Shown: positions 1 to 10,561 of the stretch, piece by piece
Numbering within the stretch: position 1 is the stretch's first letter
Layout: every line of letters begins with the position of its first letter
IMG/VR virus record: IMGVR_UViG_3300046804_004214
Length of the DNA stretch: 20,000 nucleotides
Strand: one strand, 5' to 3'
Source of the DNA: an uncultured virus (IMG/VR IMGVR_UViG_3300046804_004214)
Lineage: Duplodnaviria > Heunggongvirae > Uroviricota > Caudoviricetes
The notes under the pieces: generated by a model
Seen by the model: only the letters and a program-made list of their open reading frames with translations
What the model was told of the DNA's origin: nothing
Databases searched by the model: none
Program-made: the position numbers and the translations under genes

Positions 1-3000
1 TAAATTTTCTATAGAGTCTATAACTTGAAACTCTCCCATAGACCATCCAGAAAACTTATCCGTAAAAGTCTTCTGTATTATTATTTTAAACTCATCATAT
101 CCAGAAGTTGTTGGAATCCCAGCAATTCCACCAACTGGAATAGTAAGAATATTGCCTTGACCATATCCGTAACCAGTATTGGTAATTTCAAAATCAATTA
201 TACTGGATCCTTGTCCAACCACAACATCTATTCTAGCTTGTGTTCCAACACCAGAAGAAGATGAACTATAGTAGAGTGGCATATTTGAATAAGAAACAGG
301 TGCATCAAATACAACATATGGTGGATTTGATGAAGTATATCCATATCCTGGATTTGTTATAGCAACGCTCACAATTCTTCCATTGCTTACTGAAGCAGTT
401 CCAATAAATTCTATATTTGGAGTTCCAAGAGAAGAAGTTCCGACTCCAACCCTAATTTCAATAGGTTTTATTCCACCAAGAGTATGAATTCCAGATCTAT
501 ATCCAGATCCACTATTTCCTATACTAACTTGAGATATAGTTCCTGAAGTAGATACTATAGCAGTTCCTCCGGCAGAAATTAGAGGTTGATAACCAAGTCC
601 TGCCGTAGATCCTACAGAAATTATAATTCCACCTCTAGGCAAACCTCCCATATTTGCATCATATGGATTAGAACTTGGAGTTCCGACAAAAGATATAGAA
701 GTAATTCCACTATTTTCAGATAAAGTATAATTTAAACTCTGAGAAGGTCCTTGGAATACATCATTAATCAATATTACGGCATTTTCATTATAAATTCCTG
801 TTATATCATTTTTATTAGATTTTAGAGGAAATGTACCAGAATAACCATTAAACTGTTCGGAAATATCATCAAAAATATAATTTTTATAATAAGTCTCATT
901 TACTCCATTTGGTTGTCCAGACCTTAAGAATACTCTTCCTTGAAAACTTGAACCAGTGGCTATTCCAGACCAATCTCTGTCATCTGGTTTATTGGAAAAA
1001 GTAATATCTGGTAAATTCCCATAAGGAGCATCTATAAAATTTATAACATTGTCAACAATATTATAACTTCCTGTTACTCTTGTTATTAGAGAACCAGTTG
1101 AATATCCAGCAATGTTTGTTCCTAATAGAGGTCTTTGTACTCTAATAGCATTGGTGGAGCCTATTCCTACACCCTCTATTTTCATAATCTCACTACCAAT
1201 CTGAATCAAATCTCCACCAAAAAATGATGTTATTCCGGTGAAATAAGCTATATTTTGTGTAGATAATAATTCTTTAGATAATGTAGTAGTCAATGAAGTT
1301 GCAACAACTGGCGATTGAATTACATTATCAATTGCAACAATTATCTTAGAATTTTGTTTTGTTGCTGAGAATTTATGTGCGCTTCCAATTCCAGAAATAG
1401 ACGTTAAATCTATCGTTTTTGGAATTACTTTAAGAGCATCTTCAGCACTTCTTGCCAACTTAACCGATGAATCATCAACCTTTACAATGTAAACATCTGA
1501 GGGTAACTTATTAGTAGTTCCAATTCCAACTCCAAAATAAGTTGCTGCAATTCCTATTGGACTTATATCTTGCTGATATGTTACCATTTCTCCAGTCACG
1601 AAGAAATGATTTCCTAAAGTTATCGTATTTGTAGTGGTATTTGCAATTGATGGATTGGAAGCATCAAAATATTTTTCAAATACTGGAGACGAGTTATGCA
1701 ATATTTCAAAGGATTTCTTAATATCACGTTCAGTTCCAAAATATACCCCGTAATCTGTCTCAATTGCATTACTTAGATCATCAGAAGGTAAATACTCATT
1801 ACGCTCAGCTCTTATTAAATGTGAATATACTTTTACTTGAACTTTTGTATTTTGTTTAGCCGTAAAAGTTAAATTAGTAATTCCTAAAGATTTGTTAGAT
1901 CCTATTGTTCCAATTCCACTTAAAGTTTCAATATTTCCAAATTCTGAGTGATAAGAGTATCCCACATATCCATCAGACACGCTTCCATCATCAGTAATAA
2001 TTACCTCAGATAATTGATTTTGATTATTTGTCATATCATAAGCTTGAACAATACAATAAGCGCCATCAAATTCTTCAGAATAAGATAAAATTACTGTTTC
2101 AGAAGGTGTTGGTGATGATGAAATTAATACTGTATCAGTGAGCAGTTCTGCATTTCTTAAAGGTAAAGAACCAACTCCAGATACTGAAGTGCCTGCAAAA
2201 GAAACTTGTATTGTATTGACAGAAGCATTGATATTATTATCTGGTATGAAATCAACATTTACATTTGATCCAGAAATATAAGAATAATATGTTCCTAAAC
2301 CAGATCCAACATACCCGGAAGATGAATTTATTATTTTTCCATACTCTATAAATTCCACATTAGAACCATTATGAACAACATTTAGTTCGTCAAACTGATA
2401 GTCATCAGAATCTGTAGAAATTTCTACTAAAATTTTGGCACTAGTATGAGTTACAGCAATTCCCGCAATAGTTGTTACCGATCCTGATGAAATGTTAGAA
2501 TTTGAAGTAATAATTTTTACATTATTTCCTATTATAGTGCTATTAATTCCAACGAAACTATCTTTAAGATTATATGAGAATGATGTGATATCATAATCAT
2601 ATGTTTTAAATTTAGTTGGGTAGAAAAGAACCACTCCTTCAGAACCATTTATTGTAAAATCAAAATATCCCAAATCTTCAAGAGTTTCTACTCTTCCATA
2701 TTGATTAATATATCCAAGGGTATTATTATGAAGCAGTGTTAAAACAATCAGTTGTAATTGTGTATAATATCTTTTATCTCTTATGCAAACTATAGACTTT
2801 TGAGCACGAGCATCACCAATAGAGAATCTAAACGCTTCTGAATATTTTTCTGGTCTTGGATTACTATTAAATTGACTACTTATATCATCAATAGAAAGAA
2901 CTCTATTTCCAAAAGATTCACTATAATCCGTTAAAATCCTATTTTTAAATATTATTTCATCTGAAATAATTCTAGAATTATTAATAATAGAATTTTCTTT

Positions 3001-6000
3001 AACCAGATCAAAATCATAAACGCAATTTAAATCACCATAAGAAATAATATCATTTACAATATTAAATCCGGAAAGATCCGTAGTTACTCCTACTATAGAT
3101 TGATTTTCATTAAAAGATTCTAATTGATAATCTGAGAATTTTTTAAAACCTAGTGTGTGATTTAATGTACTAACCGCATCATTCCAAGTTTCATAATCTA
3201 CTCTTGATCTTAACGAATATGAGAAGTTTTGATAATAAAAACTGTCCTGAACCTTTTGCAAATTATCGTTTAAAAATCCAACATTTGATTTCCAACCATT
3301 TTCAACTCTTGAACTTGAAGAAAGATTGAAGAAAGCATTAAAACTAGTTATTGATGAAGCAATACCCTGAGATTTCGATACAGATCCAATAATTAGTTCT
3401 CCTTCAGTGAAACCTCTTGCAGAAGACACTTTTAAATTATTAGTCTTTTTATCCCAACCAATAACTTTTCCTGTCGCAGAAGTAGAGTTTACAAACTCAC
3501 CAATGTAATAATCATTTTCTACTAATTTTATATCAAATATTGGAAAATATTTTTCTGGTATAATTCTTGCTGATGAATTTAATATATCAAAATTTCCTGG
3601 ATATTCAGAATCTTCTAGTAATCCGGATAAACTATAAGAAACACTACCAATACCACCTCTATTTTCATCAACATCTGTTAAAGTGAAAAGTTGATAATTG
3701 TAATCTTTAGAATTATATCCTTTTGCAGTTGTGGCTACCCCAACACTAACATTTTCAATTAAAACTCTATCATTAACTTTAAATGGGAAAGATTCTGCAG
3801 TACTAAATCCAACAGATAATCTAATAGTAACTTTTTTATTGAAACTGTTATAACTTATTGAACCAATCCCAACACCATTAGAATTTTCTATTGGTAAAAT
3901 AATCGGATTTAAATTTCTTAAAGAATATGTGTTATTGAATATTTCAACTTTATTACTAGTTAAACTAAATCTAAGATCAGCTTCAGGAATTATCTCATTA
4001 GTTTCTGAGTTAATAATTAAAAGTTTTGGGGGATATGTATAACCTCTACCAAAAGAACTGACTCCAACAGATTCAAAAGAAAATGATGGACTCATTTTTA
4101 TTATCTGAGGTAAAGAAATGCTTGGTCTTAGAGTAAAATCTGAGGGGAAATTGAATCCAATATCTTGAAACCTTACTTTTTTAGTATTTCCTATAGTTTT
4201 ACTTGATGGTTCAATAATGGCATCATATCCACTACTAGTTCTAATATCGGATGCTTCAGGTAAAACATAATAATTTTTTCCTCCATTTAAAACCTTTATT
4301 TCGGAAATAGGTCCATATGCACTTAATGAATTTGTTAAATAATTTATAGATAATGAGTTTGAAGAAGTATATTGAGAATTTTCTGGATATTTTTTTAATG
4401 GATAAGTAAATGAAGTAGTAGATGCTACGCTTACTTCATGTTTACCATTATAAAAACTTTCTTCAATTTTAATTTGATTGCGGGAAAATACACTATCATC
4501 TATTTGAATTCCTTCTTTAAATTTTGGTAAACTTTCTGAAGAATAAACCGGAGTTAATTTATAGTAAAGATTTTTTGGAATATGATCATCTATTACTAAG
4601 CTGATCACAGCATCTATACCAATAACTCCAGTTTTTCTGAAATTAAATTGTGTATTTTTTCCCGTAGTATCAAATTTTTGATTATACTCAGAATCTAAAA
4701 ATAAATTAAAATCAAATGCGGGATATTTTGATCCGCCCCTTAAGTAGGAAAGTGAAGAATCTGATAAATCAAAATTTATAGTGCTATTCCTAAACCCATT
4801 GATTGGTGGATTTATCTGAGATAATGTTCCATTTGATGATGATGTGATATTAACAAATATGGGATTCAGTAGAGTTGAATTGTAATAATTTTCACATAGT
4901 TTTATATTATCTTTATCAATTACGAAAACATAATAAAATTTATTGTTTTCTAAACCGCCAGATGGTGAAGAAGAAGTATGTAAAACTTTTTGCCCAGTAA
5001 AGAGTGTGTGATTAGAAATAAAAATTGAATTATTTAAAATATCTACATCAAGAGAATTAAACTCTTTTGGATCAATAATTAATAAACGATGATAATCATT
5101 ATATCTTACTATTATGCTTGTTGTTACTCCGGACTTAATATTCATAAAAACAACATCATTATCCAATAAACCATGAGTTTGTGATGTTGCTACTGTGACA
5201 ATATTTCTACTAACTTTTGCCCTTATTGGATTATAGTTTGTTTTAAAACTATGAGATGAACCAGTCCCAATACCAGTAAAGAATAAAGTAGAAGATCTTG
5301 ATGTTTGAGATGTAATTCCTACAAATAGTCCAGTAGATCCTATCCCAACTTTAACTGAAGAAATACCTATTAAGTCGCTGTTTATTTTTGCAACATATAG
5401 AGTTGTTTGATCTAATAAATTATATGAATTAATACCATTGGTAGAGACACCTATAGGACTTCCACCATTTGTAGAATAAGTAAGCTCATCTCCAGTCTCT
5501 AAATTATGATCTGGTATATAAATTGACTTTGATGGAATAAAAATATTTGTTATTCCTGCGCCTGGATTTGAGAAAACTAATGTTATTCCCATTCCAACAC
5601 TGCTTAAAGTTCCTATACCAATAGATTCTTTAGGGTCAAAATAAATTTCTTTATCAATTTTATATGGATAAAATGTATTTAATCCAACTTTTTTGGTATC
5701 AATTGTAATTTTTCTTGGGATTTCATAAATTAAAGATGTACTTGAATGAGAAGAACCTATTGTATTATTTCTTTCTCTTAAAACTCTAATTCTAGATGAT
5801 TTTGTATCAACATTTAGAACCTTAATTCTCTCAGAGTCAATTAGTAAAATATCATTTTCTCTAATTTTATTGGAATTTATATTACCACTAACTGAAAAAT
5901 ATGTTACTATTCCTGTTGTTGAACTTTGTGGTATTGTTGACGCTAAAGATAGAATATTAGAACTTATGCTGGCATTATAAAATCCATCTACACCAAATAA

Positions 6001-9000
6001 TGAAGTGCTCAATCCTGTAACCGAAATAATATCACCAGAAGAATATGAATGCGGATTATTTGTTAATAAAACTACCTCTCCTTTATTTCCTGAAGGATAT
6101 AAGTAAACGTCACTAATTGAGCTTGTTGCTACACTAACAGAACTTATAGTTTTTCCAGAAATTTTAGAAACTATTGCTTCTGTTCCATATCCTTTAGTAT
6201 TATTGAATATTACATTATCATTTACTTTATAATTTTCTCCACCAAAAATAACTTTAATATCATCAATTGATCCTGAAGAAACATATTTAATTGTTGATTT
6301 TTGATTTAAGTTATTTGGTAAATCCAAATATAGATAATTATTATCATATAAATTGTATGGAAATACATTTCTAGACCATTTTGTTTCATTTAAATCTATT
6401 CTATCTTGATTTGAATATTTTTTAAAATTAAACTCTATTGGATTAGATGAATAAAAATTGCCAATTAAATAAGGAAAAATTGGTCTTTTGTATCTAGCAA
6501 AAACGCCAAAAGAATCTACTGATAATGGGTTTAAAGTTGCAAAATATGCATAAGTTCCTTTAGGAAATTCTGGAGTTACACAAAATCTTCCATTGCATTC
6601 ATCTAATGTAGACTCATCACCATCCTCATAATATGTAAAATCTTCAACAAAAAATCCAGATGGAAATTCATCCAAAGAAGGTCTATTCTCTTTAATTAAA
6701 GATTCTTCTTTGTATCCAGATTTCATCTGAACTATTTTTCCACCCTCTTTTGTTTGATATCCATATGGACCATATATCGGATTTCCATCATAAGCCCATC
6801 CAATTATTGGGGAGTGATCTATAGAATTTACTTCAGAATTGTTTATTTTTGTTAAATCTCTTTTTCCATATAAAGTTTTATTATTTTTTCCTATTGGGAA
6901 TAAATTTTCTCTAAGTTTTCTTGGTGCATATAAATGAGAATATTTTAATTCATATTCACTATTTTTTGATTCTGTAATAATACCATCATCATCTGAGAAT
7001 AAATTAAAGTTCTTTTCGAATAAATTTACTCTCCATTTTTGTATTTCGGAAGAAAACTTTGCATCATCTCCAAAAGTAACTATTGTAACAAATGTTGTAT
7101 CTTGAACATATCCGGCACCACTATCAATTATTTTTACTTCTTTAATTTGTCCATTTTTAACTACAGCGGTTAAATATGCCCCAAATCCCTGTCCACTAAC
7201 TATTAAATCTGGAGGTGAATTATATTCACTACCAGGATTATTAATTAAAACCTCTACTATTTTTCCATTTGAAACTATAGGAATCAATTCTGCATTTTTT
7301 CCAACGGATACTTCAATAACTGGTTCTCTTTTATAGTTTAAAATATCTGAAGAACCATATCCAACTCCATTATTTTCCAAATTAACTGATGTTATTTCAC
7401 CTCTAAAAACTGGTTGAATAATTGCTTGAAAAGTGCTCCCATTAACGGAAGAGATTCCAATATTTCCTGTTATTGAAACATTTACATTTGGATAGTTAAA
7501 CTTGTGTGTTCCTGATCCAATAGAATTCAATGAAATATACTGTTTTGTTTTATAGTAAAAATCAATATTTGTTGATCCAACACCAACACTAGACAGTCTT
7601 ATCGTATCTTTATCGAGACTAGTTACATAATAATCTGAACCATTTGATAGACCAGAAATTGATACTCCATCAGTAGTATAATTTATAATTTCACCATTAT
7701 TATATCCATGATCTTTTAATGTTATTACATCTATAAAAGTATTAATTCCAACAGAAGTAGTAGTTCTTAATTTGTTCTCGTAACCTTGTCCAGAATTTGT
7801 TACATTAATAGATGATATTACTGATTTCTTATTATATGATTCAAAATAATGATTTCCTGTTCCATAAGAAGTTAAGAAAATAGTATTAATGCCGGATATT
7901 GCATCCGAAGAAGTTTTGTGTAATTTTATCGAATATGGCGTAATTATAGATGCATAATAATCGGAATTAGTTGATAATCCACCAACACCTCTTTCCCCAT
8001 TTGTCCTATAAATTATTCTCTCGGCATTTCTAAACTTATGATATGTTCCAAATCCTATTGTAGATAATGTAGATCCAACAGAAACATTAGCTGATTTTAA
8101 TTCTGAATTAAATTTCACTGAATGTGAAATTAATTTCATATTAACCTTTGCTTGAGCTCCATATCCATTTCCACCGGTTATAGTGATAATAGGAGTGCTC
8201 AAATAGTCAAATCCCGGATCAATAACATCAATTTTTTGTAAAGAACCTTTAACGGAAATATTTCCTGTTGTTGCTCCAGTGCCAATCTCATCATCAATTG
8301 ATAAATTTGGTGGATTGAAAACATCATATCCATTACCACCGGAAATTACATTTATTTTTTCTAATTTTCCGTAGTATACTATGTCATTTGATTTATAATT
8401 TGATATTTCTACGCCATTAATTAAAATTCCAGTACAAGATCCTGAAGGAGTTTCATACTTACTACTATTTGTTATTGGACGAGAAATCTCTCTTAATATA
8501 TTTTGTGGTTTTAAAGTTTTTGCAGCAAATTTAATATATTCAATCTTATTTGCATTAATATCTTTATCATCATTTAATTTAATATAATTTGAATAATTAA
8601 TATCTGTTCTACTCTTTGCAAATTTGATATTATTTTCATCTACTCTTTTTATAAAATAAACACCTTCATCAAATAGACTGCTACCAATTTCTTCCGATAC
8701 AAAAGTATTTCCATCAATATCAGTTTCAGTAACCTCAATTATTTGCGGGGTATAGTAAATACTATCCCCAGTATAAAAACCATGATCAGAATTTTCTGAT
8801 ATTTTAAATGTATCAGTTCCTGAAGTGTAAAATCCGCTAAAAATTATCTTTTTATCATATGGATTTATTAATTGATTTCCATAATTTGGTAAAGATTGAG
8901 AAGAAATTAAAGTTCTGTCTTCGGATTTATATACATTTTGTACGTTAGATATAATCGAAGATATATCAGAAAACTTAGTAGAATTAAATTTTAATAATTT

Positions 9001-10557
9001 TCTTTTTATTTTGTAAGAGTCACTAAGTAGTAGAATTGATTGTGATTTAATTATTATTGTATTATTGGAAATAATATCTTCAATAGTTCCTAAGGTATTG
9101 GTATCAGCATCTCCGATTAAAATTATATTATCACCAAGTTTAAATATATGATCACTATCAATTAAGATTTTATATATCTTATTTGATGCATCTAATAAAG
9201 TTACATTTTTTACATTGTATGAAGAACTAATATTAAATAACCAATTATTAGATATGAAATCTCGTGCATCTGCATTTATGCCAAGAGATTTTATTTGAAT
9301 TTCATCATCTTTCTGTAAATAATATGGATTATCTACAAAATCAATATCACTTAAAACTGAGGTAATTCTAACCTTTACTGATTTACTCTTGTTACTAGCA
9401 TAAGTATTGATGCTAATATCTTCGCCATCTAATATAATTCCTGTAATGTTCGTGCAATTCAAAAATTGGGTAGTGTTTTTTGACTCGTAGTTAACAACTC
9501 CGCTTGTTCCATCTTGATATATTACATACAATTCTCCCTGATTTGGAAATCCTATTGTCGAATCTACATCAATAAATGATTGCGAAGAAACGTCTCCAAT
9601 TACTTTTGTTTTTGGATGAACCTTAAAATTGCCATATAATGCGCCATCAACACTTATATCTCTATTATAGTTAGCGTCATAACCCAATATAAAATATTCC
9701 TTTCCATCTTTAGATAAAATTTTCTCAACAAGAGCTATAGGAGCATAAGATTTTGTAAAGTTTCCATATTCTTCTTGATATAAAGTTGAATTTTCTAATT
9801 CTAGTGGATCTCCTTCTATACTTTCAACTACAAGATTCTTTGTTATTTGGTAATTTGCATCTGAAGGTCTTATTAGATATTCTTTTGGTCTAACAACTTT
9901 TACATTTTCATTGTATAATGATTTAAACAATATCTCAAAAGAAAGATCTGTGCCCTTACTGGTATAAAAGTCTTTAGATTGCTTAATAAAAATAGATTGA
10001 TTTAGGTTATCAGTTAGAGTTCTATTTTCTAATCCGGGGATAAACTGATTTTTTATTTTAACTAGAAAATTATCTAAAAATAGAGAACTTAAATTGATAA
10101 TAGATGCGCCAGCAGAGTGTTCGGAAGTTTCCGTTGAAGAAAAAACTACGTACTCAGGATCATTTTGCTTTTGATATGAAGTGATACCACTAAAACCTCT
10201 TATACAACCAGTAAAAGATCTGTCAGTTTTTCCAGTATATGTAATGATCTCTTCATCTATTTGAATAAGACCATATGAATCTGGATATCCATTAGTTCCA
10301 GTTTCAGATTGAATATAAATTACATCATCAAAAAAAGAAATATCTGAGCTAAGAGTTGCCCCCGATGATTTATTAACTACATTTTCAATCTTAATATATT
10401 GATCAATATTTTGAATTAAGTCAGCAGCAGATCCTTGGTATTCTTGTGAAATATAATACTGAGATAAAAATTCGGATATTAGAGGATATTCTTCTCTCAC
10501 ATAACGAGGAAGTTGATTCTTAGCAATTAGACTAAACTTAACTCTATTTTCTTTCAT
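1..10557 (-). CDS. Very large virion structural / baseplate wedge protein (cyanophage 'gp7 / baseplate wedge initiator'-like), 3' end truncated by the window edge
   Basis: ATG at 10557 reads MKENRVKFSLIAKNQLPRYVREEYPLISEFLSQYYISQEYQG. The same frame is coding at ~6760 (HSPIIGWAYDGNPIYGPYGY) and at the edge (...FTDKFSGWSMGEFQVIDSIENL), giving 3,519 codons. Its absence from the ORF track fits there being no stop codon in the window. It lies directly downstream of gp6, has G/S/T/I-rich beta-type sequence and repeated HGxxxGDxIxY motifs. Confidence 0.85.
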   Translation of the reverse strand, partial: MKENRVKFSLIAKNQLPRYVREEYPLISEFLSQYYISQEYQGSAADLIQNIDQYIKIENVVNKSSGATLSSDISFFDDVIYIQSETGTNGYPDSYGLIQIDEEIITYTGKTDRSFTGCIRGFSGITSYQKQNDPEYVVFSSTETSEHSAGASIINLSSLFLDNFLVKIKNQFIPGLENRTLTDNLNQSIFIKQSKDFYTSKGTDLSFEILFKSLYNENVKVVRPKEYLIRPSDANYQITKNLVVESIEGDPLELENSTLYQEEYGNFTKSYAPIALVEKILSKDGKEYFILGYDANYNRDISVDGALYGNFKVHPKTKVIGDVSSQSFIDVDSTIGFPNQGELYVIYQDGTSGVVNYESKNTTQFLNCTNITGIILDGEDISINTYASNKSKSVKVRITSVLSDIDFVDNPYYLQKDDEIQIKSLGINADARDFISNNWLFNISSSYNVKNVTLLDASNKIYKILIDSDHIFKLGDNIILIGDADTNTLGTIEDIISNNTIIIKSQSILLLSDSYKIKRKLLKFNSTKFSDISSIISNVQNVYKSEDRTLISSQSLPNYGNQLINPYDKKIIFSGFYTSGTDTFKISENSDHGFYTGDSIYYTPQIIEVTETDIDGNTFVSEEIGSSLFDEGVYFIKRVDENNIKFAKSRTDINYSNYIKLNDDKDINANKIEYIKFAAKTLKPQNILREISRPITNSSKYETPSGSCTGILINGVEISNYKSNDIVYYGKLEKINVISGGNGYDVFNPPNLSIDDEIGTGATTGNISVKGSLQKIDVIDPGFDYLSTPIITITGGNGYGAQAKVNMKLISHSVKFNSELKSANVSVGSTLSTIGFGTYHKFRNAERIIYRTNGERGVGGLSTNSDYYASIITPYSIKLHKTSSDAISGINTIFLTSYGTGNHYFESYNKKSVISSINVTNSGQGYENKLRTTTSVGINTFIDVITLKDHGYNNGEIINYTTDGVSISGLSNGSDYYVTSLDKDTIRLSSVGVGSTNIDFYYKTKQYISLNSIGSGTHKFNYPNVNVSITGNIGISSVNGSTFQAIIQPVFRGEITSVNLENNGVGYGSSDILNYKREPVIEVSVGKNAELIPIVSNGKIVEVLINNPGSEYNSPPDLIVSGQGFGAYLTAVVKNGQIKEVKIIDSGAGYVQDTTFVTIVTFGDDAKFSSEIQKWRVNLFEKNFNLFSDDDGIITESKNSEYELKYSHLYAPRKLRENLFPIGKNNKTLYGKRDLTKINNSEVNSIDHSPIIGWAYDGNPIYGPYGYQTKEGGKIVQMKSGYKEESLIKENRPSLDEFPSGFFVEDFTYYEDGDESTLDECNGRFCVTPEFPKGTYAYFATLNPLSVDSFGVFARYKRPIFPYLIGNFYSSNPIEFNFKKYSNQDRIDLNETKWSRNVFPYNLYDNNYLYLDLPNNLNQKSTIKYVSSGSIDDIKVIFGGENYKVNDNVIFNNTKGYGTEAIVSKISGKTISSVSVATSSISDVYLYPSGNKGEVVLLTNNPHSYSSGDIISVTGLSTSLFGVDGFYNASISSNILSLASTIPQSSTTGIVTYFSVSGNINSNKIRENDILLIDSERIKVLNVDTKSSRIRVLRERNNTIGSSHSSTSLIYEIPRKITIDTKKVGLNTFYPYKIDKEIYFDPKESIGIGTLSSVGMGITLVFSNPGAGITNIFIPSKSIYIPDHNLETGDELTYSTNGGSPIGVSTNGINSYNLLDQTTLYVAKINSDLIGISSVKVGIGSTGLFVGITSQTSRSSTLFFTGIGTGSSHSFKTNYNPIRAKVSRNIVTVATSQTHGLLDNDVVFMNIKSGVTTSIIVRYNDYHRLLIIDPKEFNSLDVDILNNSIFISNHTLFTGQKVLHTSSSPSGGLENNKFYYVFVIDKDNIKLCENYYNSTLLNPIFVNITSSSNGTLSQINPPINGFRNSTINFDLSDSSLSYLRGGSKYPAFDFNLFLDSEYNQKFDTTGKNTQFNFRKTGVIGIDAVISLVIDDHIPKNLYYKLTPVYSSESLPKFKEGIQIDDSVFSRNQIKIEESFYNGKHEVSVASTTSFTYPLKKYPENSQYTSSNSLSINYLTNSLSAYGPISEIKVLNGGKNYYVLPEASDIRTSSGYDAIIEPSSKTIGNTKKVRFQDIGFNFPSDFTLRPSISLPQIIKMSPSFSFESVGVSSFGRGYTYPPKLLIINSETNEIIPEADLRFSLTSNKVEIFNNTYSLRNLNPIILPIENSNGVGIGSISYNSFNKKVTIRLSVGFSTAESFPFKVNDRVLIENVSVGVATTAKGYNSKDYNYQLFTLTDVDENRGGIGSVSYSLSGLLEDSEYPGNFDILNSSARIIPEKYFPIFDIKLVENDYYIGEFVNSTSATGKVIGWDKKTNNLKVSSARGFTEGELIIGSVSKSQGIASSITSFNAFFNLSSSSRVENGWKSNVGFLNDNLQKVQDSFYYQNFSYSLRSRVDYETWNDAVSTLNHTLGFKKFSDYQLESFNENQSIVGVTTDLSGFNIVNDIISYGDLNCVYDFDLVKENSIINNSRIISDEIIFKNRILTDYSESFGNRVLSIDDISSQFNSNPRPEKYSEAFRFSIGDARAQKSIVCIRDKRYYTQLQLIVLTLLHNNTLGYINQYGRVETLEDLGYFDFTINGSEGVVLFYPTKFKTYDYDITSFSYNLKDSFVGINSTIIGNNVKIITSNSNISSGSVTTIAGIAVTHTSAKILVEISTDSDDYQFDELNVVHNGSNVEFIEYGKIINSSSGYVGSGLGTYYSYISGSNVNVDFIPDNNINASVNTIQVSFAGTSVSGVGSLPLRNAELLTDTVLISSSPTPSETVILSYSEEFDGAYCIVQAYDMTNNQNQLSEVIITDDGSVSDGYVGYSYHSEFGNIETLSGIGTIGSNKSLGITNLTFTAKQNTKVQVKVYSHLIRAERNEYLPSDDLSNAIETDYGVYFGTERDIKKSFEILHNSSPVFEKYFDASNPSIANTTTNTITLGNHFFVTGEMVTYQQDISPIGIAATYFGVGIGTTNKLPSDVYIVKVDDSSVKLARSAEDALKVIPKTIDLTSISGIGSAHKFSATKQNSKIIVAIDNVIQSPVVATSLTTTLSKELLSTQNIAYFTGITSFFGGDLIQIGSEIMKIEGVGIGSTNAIRVQRPLLGTNIAGYSTGSLITRVTGSYNIVDNVINFIDAPYGNLPDITFSNKPDDRDWSGIATGSSFQGRVFLRSGQPNGVNETYYKNYIFDDISEQFNGYSGTFPLKSNKNDITGIYNENAVILINDVFQGPSQSLNYTLSENSGITSISFVGTPSSNPYDANMGGLPRGGIIISVGSTAGLGYQPLISAGGTAIVSTSGTISQVSIGNSGSGYRSGIHTLGGIKPIEIRVGVGTSSLGTPNIEFIGTASVSNGRIVSVAITNPGYGYTSSNPPYVVFDAPVSYSNMPLYYSSSSSGVGTQARIDVVVGQGSSIIDFEITNTGYGYGQGNILTIPVGGIAGIPTTSGYDEFKIIIQKTFTDKFSGWSMGEFQVIDSIENL

Positions 10558-10561
10558 TTTA

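Noticed and set aside
25..264. Plus-strand 79-aa ORF
   Set aside because: Antisense shadow of the giant minus-strand gene, with no RBS or protein-like features.
1..10557. Stop-codon reassignment, intron or large non-coding gap to explain the empty ORF track
   Set aside because: The same standard-code frame is coding at the start, middle and window edge; the ORF simply has no stop inside the window.
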